Below, piece by piece: positions 10,040-19,204 of a stretch of DNA of 26,985 nt. A model generated the notes under the pieces. It did no database searches, had not been told where the DNA came from, and saw nothing but the letters and a program-made list of their open reading frames with translations. Source of the DNA: Octopus sinensis (lineage: Eukaryota); NCBI RefSeq assembly GCF_006345805.1, contig NW_021834103.1, positions 1 through 26,985 on the forward strand, in the 5' to 3' direction. The translations under genes were made by a program, and so were the position numbers. Position 1 is the stretch's first letter. The number at the start of each line of letters is the position of its first letter.

Positions 10040-10685
10040 CCTTTCTACTAAAGACACAAGGCCTGAAATTTTTGGAGGAGGTAACTAGTCGATTATATCG
10101 ACCCCTGTGTTTCACTGGTCCTTAATTTATCGAAGGCGGCGAGCTGGCAGAAACGTTAGCACGCTGGGCGAAATGCGTAGCCGTATTTCGTCTGTCGTTA
10201 CGCTGTGAGTTCAAATACCGCCGAGGTCGACTTGCCTTTCATCCTTTCGGGGTCGATAAATTAAGTACCAGTTATGCACCGGGTCGATGGAATTTACTTA
10301 ATACCTATGTCTGTCCTTGTTTGTCCCATCTATGTTTAGCCCCTTGTGGGTAGTAAAGAAATAGGTATTTCATCTGCCGTTACGTTCTGAGTTCAAATTC
10401 TGCCGAGGTCGACTTTGCCTTTCATCCTTTCGGGGGTCGATAAATTAAGTACCAGTTACGCACTGGGGTCGATGGAATCGACTTAATACCTATGTCTGTC
10501 CTTGTTTGTCCCATCTATGTTTAGCCCCTTGTGGGTAGTAAAGAAATAGGTACTTAATTTATCGACCCCCCCAAAAGGATGAAAGGCAAAGTCGACCCCA
10601 GCAGAATTTGAACTCAGAATATAAGGGACAGGTGATAAGCTGTTAAGCAATCTGTCCAGCGTGCTAACGATTCTGCCAGCTCGCT
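10040..10685. mobile_element. Nested SINE-like family 1: plus-strand insertion (10134-10548, head plus 2 bodies) inside a minus-strand type B copy
   Basis: TSD ggt(c/a)cttaatttatcga at 10117-10133 and 10549-10565. The host resumes with cccc..ggatgaaaggc after the insert. Confidence 0.85.
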
Positions 10686-10826
10686 ACCTACATTTTAATA
10701 ATAATAATAATAATAAGAAGAAGAAGAATAAAAATAAAAATAAATAATAATAATAATAATAATAATAACAATAGCAACAATAGAGACAACAACAGCAATA
10801 ATAGATAATTTGATTGTTTACATTAG

Positions 10827-10869
<43 letters not shown>

Positions 10870-10993
10870 ATTTAGATTTTTTTTTATCTTTCTTTTATCT
10901 TTTTTTAGCATTTCCATTTTTGAAAAATAAAGATTCTTTTTGCACCAATGAGCAGATAAACCTTGAAAACCCCAGAATTATATAACAATATTC

Positions 10994-11065
10994 AATACAC
11001 ACACACATACACAACCGTGCACACCAATATTTATATATATGCATATACCCATATATAAATATGTA

Positions 11066-11107
<42 letters not shown>

Positions 11108-11260
11108 CACATACACACAGTCACATATATATGCATATATATATATATATATATACACACACAACCGTGCACACCAATATTTATATATATGCATATACCC
11201 ATATATAATATATATATATATAATATATATATATATATATACATACACACACAGTCACAA

Positions 11261-11315
<55 letters not shown>

Positions 11316-11331
11316 GTCACATATATATGCG

Positions 11332-11388
<57 letters not shown>

Positions 11389-11430
11389 GTCACAAATATA
11401 TATACATATACATATATATATATATATTAT
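10994..11430. repeat. Compound (TA)/(CA) minisatellite with repeated acaaccgtgcacaccaatat and cacacagtcaca motifs
   Basis: Direct reading. Confidence 0.85.
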
Positions 11431-11796
11431 ATCATCCATCTTTGTTCATTGAAAATATAATCACCCTCTTTCTTTTAACCCCTTAACCCCTTAACTCCAC
11501 TTTTTGTTTTTTAATTCTTCAGGGTTTTCTTTTTTTTGTCTTTTTGCATCAAGTTCCACCAACACCAACAACATAAAAAAAAAAGGTAAAGTTTAAAAAA
11601 AAAGAAAAAGAAAAAGCAATCTCAGGGCTTTTTGTTTCTTTCACTTTCGCTTTCTTGCTTTGATCTTTGTTCAGTTTTTTTTATTTATATGTTTTGTTTT
11701 GTTTTTATTTTTATTTTATTTAATTAATCTTGGTTTTGGTTTTGCAGTCCAGGGGTTACAAACTGTCAAATACATACATAAATATATATTTATTTA

Positions 11797-11802
11797 TTTA
11801 TT
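11797..11802 (-). promoter_or_regulatory. Candidate PAPSS polyadenylation signal (AATAAA)
   Basis: First canonical AATAAA I find on the minus strand downstream of the stop codon (overlapping copies at 11789-11802), implying a 3' UTR of about 1.5 kb. A variant ATTAAA at 12959-12964 is an alternative. No transcript evidence. Confidence 0.3.
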
Positions 11803-12032
11803 TATATATATATATATATAAGCATGTATATATTATATATACATATATATATATAAGCATGTATATATATATATATATATATATATAAGCATGTATATAT
11901 AAATATATATAAGCATGTGTATATATATATAAGCATATATATAGGGATAAGATCGTTAATTTAAATTAAATATCGATCTTGTCGAGTGGCCAGCATGGAA
12001 ATAAAAACCTTCGAAGGCAATAATTATTATTA

Positions 12033-12238
12033 AAATTATAATTTAGGGTGTCTACGGGATACCGCCATGCTGAAAATAGCAGCCAAAATCTTACTCTAAA
12101 ACCATATTAAATGTTCATACAGCACCAATTTTGTCTTTTCTCCTTGTGCTGTATGAACATTTAATGTGGTTTTAGAGTCAGATTTTGGCTGCTATTTTCA
12201 GCATGGTGGTATCTCGTAGATACCCTAAAGTATAATTT
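12033..12238. repeat. Near-perfect inverted repeat (foldback MITE-like hairpin)
   Basis: Arms 12042-12125 and 12146-12229 (84 bp, 5 non-Watson-Crick positions) around a 20-nt loop; extends 8 more bp after one mismatch. Confidence 0.92.
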
Positions 12239-12540
12239 ATATATATATATATATATATATTTATATGTAAGCAATGTGTGTGTGTATATACATATATAGC
12301 CATGTTTCTAACTATCTATCTGTGTGCATGTATGTATATACGCATATATATACGTGTGTCTGTGTATATATGTATATACACACCACACACATATATACAT
12401 GTGAAAAGTAGAAACACATTTGTGAAATCTCATCCTGTTTGTGCTGTGTTTTCTCACCTATGTTCATTCGTCATATACATACACACATAAACACACCTGT
12501 ATACACAAGCATATACACACACACACAAACAGTATCTAGC

Positions 12541-12697
12541 GAATTTGTCTACAACAATTGGTCTACAGCAATTTATCTATGGATAAAATTCATCTACAAC
12601 CACACACACACACATACAACCACATGCACACATACAACCACACATACATACACAACACACAGAGATAATTTGTAGACAAATTGTTGTAGACGAATTC
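12541..12697. mobile_element. Small MITE-like element with 26-bp inverted termini around a CA microsatellite
   Basis: gaatttgtctacaacaattggtctac (12541-12566) versus gtagacaaattgttgtagacgaattc (12672-12697). Superfamily not assigned. Confidence 0.6.
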
Positions 12698-13015
12698 ACC
12701 TGGAACCCACACAAACATATCAGATAGCCTCATAAACACACACACACATCTGCACAAATGTTGCATAGTATGAGACCCATATATAAACTGTAAACAAAAG
12801 CACACAATCATATATACACTCATGTACAAACACACATAATACACTTGCACACAACAGCTTCATACACACAAACAGGCCAGATCCGTAGTTGTCTTCCTGA
12901 CTACTTACACCTCTAGCAACCTCTTCCTACTTCCAGTCACTTCAGCAGGCGGTGACTGTTTAATTGTGACAAATTTCTTCTTTTCTTTCTCCGTGTTTTG
13001 TCTCACCTCAACTAT

Positions 13016-13053
13016 TCTTTCTGATGAAGAGCATATGCTCAAAACATAGAACG
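13016..13053 (+). ncRNA. Degenerate minimal hammerhead motif, same family as 4792-4829
   Basis: tcttt-CTGATGA-a-gagc-atat-gctc-AAAA-cat-a-gaacg. Intact CTGATGA and helix II; G12 to A and helix III G to A changes both fall at CpG sites. Confidence 0.5.
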
Positions 13054-13152
13054 CTTTTCCTTCTATTTTTCCTGCATGTAAATCTATTACACTGTTTTTT
13101 TTTACTTCTGTTTGCATTATAATTTAGGCTATCTATACACACACACACACAG

Positions 13153-13183
<31 letters not shown>

Positions 13184-13307
13184 ATATCTGTACATATATA
13201 CACATACATATATATGTATATACATAAACACAGATAGATAAATAGATAAATTTATATATATATATATATATTATTAATACTATAATTTTTTACCCCATTT
13301 GGATTAG

Positions 13308-13553
13308 TTAGCTATTATTCTTCTGAGAACGGAAATATTCTTGGAGAACAGCCCATGCCTCTGGGGCCATAAAGCCATCGGGTGGTGATTCACCGTCACG
13401 AGCAATTTTACGCATGCGAGTACCAGATATGAAATCAAAATCTTCTTTCTTCTCCGGATCGAAAAAGTCCATTTTCTTCAGTTTCATATTGTAAGCTGCA
13501 ACCCGGAACGGCACGATTTCAAGTTGGTTCAGGCCCGGGGCACAAGTAAGGAC
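13308..13553 (-). CDS. PAPSS: PAPS synthase last coding exon (246 nt including TAA)
   Basis: [81 protein letters not shown], with the conserved ISGTRMR and PPxGFMAPxAW motifs. Acceptor aatgcag at 13554-13555, stop TAA at 13308-13310. Confidence 0.97.
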   Translation of the reverse strand, partial: VLTCAPGLNQLEIVPFRVAAYNMKLKKMDFFDPEKKEDFDFISGTRMRKIARDGESPPDGFMAPEAWAVLQEYFRSQKNNS

Positions 13554-13639
13554 CTGCATTCAGAAAGCGGCAGCAGCAAAATAAAAAAAACAAAAAAAAC
13601 ATGAATAATTAGATACTAGGGAAATAGAACAACAACTAA

Positions 13640-13640
13640 A

Positions 13641-13738
<98 letters not shown>

Positions 13739-13795
13739 TAATAATCATAATGATAATAATAATAATAATGATAATGATAATAATAATAATAATAT

Positions 13796-13841
<46 letters not shown>

Positions 13842-13855
13842 TAATCATAATGATA

Positions 13856-13905
<50 letters not shown>

Positions 13906-13907
13906 TA

Positions 13908-13944
<37 letters not shown>

Positions 13945-14012
13945 TAATGATGATAATAATAATAATAATAATAATGATAATAATCATAATAATAATAATA
14001 ATAATAATAATA
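13640..14012. repeat. Long (TAA)/(TGA) trinucleotide microsatellite in the last PAPSS intron
   Basis: About 370 bp of AAT/GAT/CAT triplets, starting about 85 bp from the acceptor at 13554. Confidence 0.95.
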
Positions 14013-14571
14013 AATGCCCTGATGCAGTACCAGGCAGTGGTTCTCATGGCTTCTGATCTTAACTGATTGGAAGTGTTATCATGTACATTGTTTTGTCTTG
14101 GTATAAAAGATGGGTTTTACAGCAAATATTCTGCTCAATACCACAGATTTGCTTGTCAGTTGTTTGACCGTAACCAGTTGAGCATGTCCCTTGGTGGCTG
14201 ACGATATGTGCATCTCTGATCACAAGCAGAAGCAGTTGGGGAGCATCATAGCCATGTGTTGAGAGGGATTCTTTGGGGTTTGAATAATTCACCTCTGGAA
14301 ACATGGGTGGTTCGTTCAACATCCTTAAACAACCCTTATTCAGGGACCGTTTGAGTGGGATGGGCTACTCAACCTGAAGAAAATTCTAACTGGGCCCCAC
14401 CTGCAAGGTCATGTGCTGTTTATCTTGATATGAGATCGCCATGTCGCGCACATATGGTTGTGATGCAAGTGCCTGGTGTACCCTTATCAGATGGGTAGTC
14501 ATGATGGGTATACTGGGCTTCGTATATTTTACCCCAGTGTCACTTTGATGGCATGAACTGCTCTCTCACTC

Positions 14572-14575
<4 letters not shown>
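14013..14575 (+). mobile_element. Unclassified interspersed repeat ending in an (AAT)n tail, probably a LINE 3' region
   Basis: Complex, more GC-rich 560-bp block ending ctgctctctcactc(aat)n. No intact ORF. Family assignment is from recognition only. Confidence 0.45.
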
Positions 14576-14609
<34 letters not shown>

Positions 14610-14623
14610 TGATGATAATAATA

Positions 14624-14808
14624 ATCCTTTCTACTAAAGGCACAAACCTGAAATTTTAGGGGAGAGGGCTATCAATTACATTAATCCCACTGTGTAATTG
14701 GTACTTATTTTATTGACCCCAAAAGGATGAAAGGCAAAATCAACCTCAGTGGAATTTGAACTCAGAACATAAGGACATACCAAATGCTGTTAAGCTAGTT
14801 GCCTGGTG
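14624..14808 (-). mobile_element. SINE-like family 1, tail type B
   Basis: aatcctttctactaaaggcacaa..ggatgaaaggcaaaatcaacctcag..gaatttgaactcagaac. Confidence 0.7.
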
Positions 14809-14879
14809 TGCTTTCTAGGTGCAATCCTATGGTCATTTATGACCGAAAGGGGTCTTTACCCTTTTACCCTAACAGTGGC

Positions 14880-15250
14880 GTGGGGGCCAGTCCCTACACA
14901 TCACTAGAGCAACATGAAATGAAGGGTTTGCCTCAAAAACGCAACACACCACCCAGTCCAGAAACTAATCCCACAATCTTGTGATCATAAGTCCTTACAC
15001 CAGTGGTTTTCAACCAGGGTTCTGCGGAACCTTAGGGTTCTGCCAGTACAGTCCAGGGGTTCCGCAAGAAGTTACAAAACTGCTGAAATCGGCAGTAATT
15101 TTTAATTCTCCTGTGCAGATATGTGTGCATAAGACTATTAAATTATTGCACAGGGGTTCCTCGAGCCAGTGGAATGTTTCCTTAGGGTTCCGCTCCAGCA
15201 AAAAGTTTGAAAAGCACTGCCTTACACCCTAACCACTGGGCCACATGCCA
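14880..15250 (-). mobile_element. tRNA-derived SINE head interrupted by the hAT MITE
   Basis: With the MITE removed, the minus strand reads ggcatgtggcccagtggttagggtgtaaggacttatgatcacaagattgtggg (A box plus tRNA-like head). Confidence 0.6.
15001..15219. mobile_element. hAT (Charlie-like) MITE, 219 bp
   Basis: TIRs cagtggttttcaacc / gtttgaaaagcactg (13 of 15 match); exact 8-bp TSD ccttacac at 14993-15000 and 15220-15227 with central TA. Confidence 0.92.
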
Positions 15251-15284
15251 TCACTGTATGCATATATGTGGTGTGGGTGGGTGT

Positions 15285-15540
15285 GTGGATGTGTTATTTT
15301 CTCCTTGCTTTAACATCAAGTGATAGTCGTAAATGAGTGCCACTGTTGTGCAGGTGGTGTCCTTCATTTCTGATCTTCTAAGATATATCTCGACATGAGG
15401 AAATATTACTTTGCATGGAAGCAGGTGAGGGTTGGTGACAGCAAGGGCATCCAGCTGCAGAAAATCTACCTCAACAAATCTTGTGTGATCCATGCAAACA
15501 TGGAAAAGTGAATATAAAAACAATGATGGTGATGATGATG
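15285..15540 (+). mobile_element. SINE/LINE 3' segment with an RTE-type (GAT)n tail
   Basis: ..aagggcatccagctgcagaaaatc..ccatgcaaacatggaaaagtg..gatgatgatg; shares the aagggcatccagct motif with the RTE 3' UTR copies. Confidence 0.6.
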
Positions 15541-15609
15541 ATAGATGTAAAGAGTCTTGAAACAAATACCAGAAGGTATTTTGTCAGACGCTTCACCAAT
15601 TTACTCTTA

Positions 15610-15990
15610 CATCATCATCGTCATCATCATCATTTAGCATCCGCTTTCCATGCTAGCATGGGTTGGACGGTTCAACCGGGGATCTTGGAAGCCAGAAGGC
15701 TGCACCAGGCCCAGTCAGATCTGGCAATGTTTCTACGGGTGGATGCCCCTCCTAACGCCAACCACTCCGCAAGTGTAGTGGGTGCTTTTTATGTGCCACC
15801 GGTACAGGTGCCAGACGAGGCTGGCAAACGGCCACGATTGGATGGTGCTTTTTACGTGCCACTGGCACGGGGGCCTGGCGAGGCTGGCAACGGCCACGAA
15901 CGGACGGTGTTTTTTACGTGCCACCTGTACGAGGCCAATCGGGGCGGCGCTGGCAATGGCCACGTTCGGATGGTTCTCTTACGATAAATA
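15610..15990 (-). mobile_element. RTE-clade LINE 3' UTR fragment with internal tandem units of about 65 bp
   Basis: The minus strand ends gtccaacccatgctagcatggaaagcggatgctaaa(tga)n. gtgctttttacgtgccac-like units recur at about 15782, 15845 and 15911. Same family at 19205-20076 and 26700-26985. Confidence 0.7.
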
Positions 15991-16035
15991 ATATGAAAAA
16001 ATATAAAAAAAAGGGGGGAAGAAAGGAAACATTAC

Positions 16036-16161
16036 CTTGCCACCGTGTGTTGGATCATAAAGGTCCTGTTTGGTATCCGGATGGGGCATTCCAGCTGGAT
16101 CACGTCCGACTATATAAAAGTTGGTCCCTGTCGACATTCTGGCTTTAGCATGCCACTGGAC
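16036..16161 (-). CDS. PAPSS: PAPS synthase exon with the GRDPAG motif (126 nt, phase 0 to 0)
   Basis: Not in the ORF track; read manually as [42 protein letters not shown]. Acceptor tttccttag, donor gtaatg. Confidence 0.97.
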
Positions 16162-16459
16162 CTAAGGAAATAAAAGGGAAAGAGGAAAGTTCAGAGGACT
16201 AAAGGACAGTTTCAAAGGTCAAGGGCTTCACCAGACATAGATCCTTAAAACCTTCCATCAAAATCTCATGTAACAAAAGGGTTAAAGTGATCTAAGTACT
16301 TAGCACATTATTTTAAATATCAGGGATCTGTCAATAGGGATCTCAGTCTACACGATATCAAAGTATGATATAATATATGTAACCTATATAGTAGATGTAT
16401 AAAGAGGGTAAATTTTTTTTTTTTTTCTGCAGATTGAAAGAAATGATGAACACTCTTAA

Positions 16460-17183
16460 CCCTTTTGTTACCAACCCGACTGAAACCGGTCTGGCTCTGT
16501 AGTACAAATGTCTTGTTTTCATAAGTTTTGAATTAAAATCTTCCACCAAACCTTAGTCACAATTTATGTTCCTAATACTAGCTTAATGATAACTAAGTTA
16601 TTTTACTAAATTCTTTGTTATATTTAAAATAATTGAAAGAAACACAGAACATCTCAACAGAAATATGGTAACAAAAGGGTTAAAATATATAATAGAGAAA
16701 CAATTCTTAACCCTTTTGATACCAACCTGGCTGAAACTGCTTCTGGCTCTGTAGTACAAATGTCTTTTTTACATGTTTTGAATTATAATCTTCCACCAAA
16801 CCTTAGTCACAATTTATGTTCCTAACACTAGCTTAATGATAACTAAGTTATTTTACTAAATTCTTTGTTATATTTAAAATTAATTGAAAGAAACACAGAG
16901 CATCTCAACAGAAATATGGTAACAAAAGGGTTAAAATATATAATAGAGAAACAATTCTTAACCCTTTCGATACCAACCTGGCTGAAACCACCTCTGACTC
17001 TGTAGTACAAATGTCTTGTTTTCATAAGTTCTGAATTAAAATCTCCCACCAAACCTTAGTTGCAATTTATGTTCCTAACACTAGCTTAACGATAACTAAG
17101 TTATTTTACTAAATTCTTTGTTATATTTAAAATTAATTGAAAGAAATACAGATCATCTTAAAAGAAATGCAGTAACGAAAGGG
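16460..17183. mobile_element. Three tandem piggyBac-type MITEs (16460-16679, 16711-16930, 16962-17183)
   Basis: Each is about 220 bp, bounded by TTAA, with TIR ccctttYgWtacca..tggtaacaaaaggg. An identical 23-bp spacer aatatataatagagaaacaattc separates the copies. Confidence 0.88.
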
Positions 17184-17226
17184 TTAATCGAATTTCAGAC
17201 CTTATTGGGGTCTCATCAGTAGTGTC
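17184..17226 (-). ncRNA. Degenerate hammerhead motif A of a 291-nt tandem repeat
   Basis: Minus strand gacacta-CTGATGA(17219-17213)-gacc-ccaataa-ggtc-t-GAAA(17196-17193)-ttcgattaa. The helix I partner agtgtt lies at 16454-16449, beyond the MITE insertion. Confidence 0.55.
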
Positions 17227-17474
17227 TACATCAATTTGACCAATCCCAAAGAAACAAGCATCCAATCTGTTCAGATACATAACAAATCCTGTAGCTACAG
17301 AAAATGGGAGCAACTAATTTGCCTACTGTAAGTATTTAACGCTGTATTTTTAATATCAGAGACCTGTCAATGGGGTTTTTGGTTCACATAGTATTAAAGT
17401 ATGATATGTTATATGTAAACTTACAGGCTAAATTCACCTATTTCTCTGCTGATTAGAAGAAATTATGAACAGCT

Positions 17475-17516
17475 TTAATCGAATTTCGGGCATTATTGTG
17501 ATCTCATCAGTCTACA
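17475..17516 (-). ncRNA. Degenerate hammerhead motif B of the 291-nt tandem repeat
   Basis: Minus strand CTGATGA(17510-17504)-gatcacaataatgccc-GAAA(17487-17484)-ttcgattaa. Core intact, helices I and II decayed. Confidence 0.4.
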
Positions 17517-17534
17517 TCATATATGCATCAATAT

Positions 17535-18170
17535 GGAGCTAAACACAGAGAGGACAAACAAGGACAGACAAAGGGATTAAGTCGATTACATCGACCCCAG
17601 TGCATAACTGGTACTTATTTAATCGACCCCGAAAGGATGAAAGGCAAAGTTGACCTCGGCGGAATTTGAACTCAGAAGGTAGCGGCAGACAAAATACCTA
17701 TTTCTTTATTGTCCACATGGGGCTAAACATAGAGAGGACAAACAAGGACAGACAAACGGATTAAGTCGATTATATCGACCCTACTGCGTAACTGGTACTT
17801 ATTTAATCGAGTTGGCAGAATCGTCAGCACACCGGGCGAAATGCGTAGCCATATTTCGTCTGCCGCTACGTTCTGAGTTCAAATTCCGCTGAGGTCGACT
17901 TTAACTTTCATCCTTTCGGGGTCAATTAAATAAGTACCAGTTATGCACTGGGGTCGATGTAATCGACTTAATCCGTTTGTCTGTCCTTGTTTGTCCTCTC
18001 TGTGTTTAGTCCCTTGTGGGTAGTAAAGAAATAGGTACTTATTTAATCAACCCCGAAAGGATGAAAGACAAAGTTGACCTCGGTGGAATTTGAACTCAGA
18101 ACGTAACAGCAGATGAAATTCCAGTAAGCATTTCACCCAGCGTGCTAACGTTTCTGCCAGCTCGCTGCCT
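17535..18170. mobile_element. Nested SINE-like family 1: plus-strand insertion (17811-18033) inside a minus-strand tandem type A cluster
   Basis: TSD ggtacttatttaatc(g/a)a at 17794-17810 and 18034-18050. The host resumes with ccccgaaaggatgaaag. Confidence 0.85.
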
Positions 18171-18297
18171 CTTATTTTAGCTCTTATTTCTAGCAATGTA
18201 TGTGTCTTGACACCCTTAGTCACATTTAGTCGACTACTATAATTCCCCTTTATGGTTTAACATTGCAGCTTGGTGTTTTTATTAATTTATATATATA

Positions 18298-18732
18298 GGC
18301 GCAGGAGTGGCTGTGTGGTAAGTAGCTTGCTAACCAACCACATGGTTCCGGGTTCAGTCCCACTGCGCGGCATCTTAGGCAAGTGTCTTCTGCTATAGTC
18401 CCGGGCCGACCAATGCCATGTGAGTGGATTTGGTAGACAGAAACTGAAAGAAGCCTCTCGTATATATATATATATATATAATATTAATTAGAGACAAAAC
18501 CACTATTTTGCAAAACAAACAAGGAAGTGTGTGTGTCTGTGTTTGTTCCCCTAGCATTGCTTGACAACCGATGCTGGTGTGTTTATGTCCCCGTCACTTA
18601 GCGGTTCAGCAAAAGAGACCGATAGAATAAGTACTGGGCTTACAAAGAATAAGTCCCAGGGTCGAGTTGCTCGACTAAAGGCGGTGCTCCAGCATGGCCG
18701 CAGTCAAATGACTGAAACAAGGAAAGAGAGTA
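18298..18732 (+). mobile_element. Full-length tRNA-derived SINE family 2 (CORE-like)
   Basis: ggcgcaggagtggctgtgtggtaag head, ttaggcaagtgtc core, internal (TA)n, 3' body ending gactgaaacaaggaaagagagta. Confidence 0.8.
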
Positions 18733-18883
18733 TAAATACCAGTCATCCACAGTTTTTTCTCCCCCTAATATGTTATGACAGAAGACAAAGACTAACTGGG
18801 GTTTAGGGATGGGGAATCAGATGAAGGTCAGAAAGAGGGGAGATGGGTCTGGAGCAAAGGGTAAAGAGCAAATTGTTACTTAC

Positions 18884-19026
18884 CTCAGTCGGTCCTGCGT
18901 ACATCATGGGTGATGGGAATATAGCAAGCACCGTAGATTCAGGGTCCAATACTCCAGCACTTAAGATAGCCTTGTGTTGTTTCATACGGACCGATAAGGG
19001 GACGTCGTCATCTTTTGTCCATCCGC
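18884..19026 (-). CDS. PAPSS: PAPS synthase exon (143 nt, phase 1 to 0)
   Basis: (G)[47 protein letters not shown]. Acceptor gtctccag, donor gtaagt. Confidence 0.97.
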
Positions 19027-19204
19027 CTGGAGACGAAGAAGAATATAGAGATGTGAGAGAGGGTGGCAGGGGTGGTGTTTCAAAGAAGGAAAAGGAAAAT
19101 AGATGCTTCTCTCGCAAACTATAGTAACCTAACAAAATGACATTAGCCAAGCATAAACAGGCTTAGTTTGCTTTAGACCACATTCGTGGACAGACCCTAA
19201 ATAA

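Noticed and set aside
10700-11760. 3' UTR or terminal exon of a convergent plus-strand gene (U-rich tracts, ttgcag at about 11746, AATAAA at about 10926)
   Set aside because: No coding exon was found on the plus strand, and such motifs are common in AT-rich DNA.
13554-13559. ATG start of the 83-aa ORF
   Set aside because: It is intronic (aatgcag acceptor); the exon begins at 13553.
16456-17187. CRISPR-like repeat-spacer appearance
   Set aside because: The repeats are 220-bp TIR elements, the spacers are identical, the DNA is eukaryotic and there are no cas genes.
17199-17327. Possible plus-strand 129-nt symmetrical exon (ttcag..gtaagt; PYWGLISSVYINLTNPKETSIQSVQIHNKSCSYRKWEQLICL)
   Set aside because: No recognisable protein similarity and the paralogous unit lacks the acceptor. 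The region is better explained by the hammerhead-bearing tandem repeat on the other strand.
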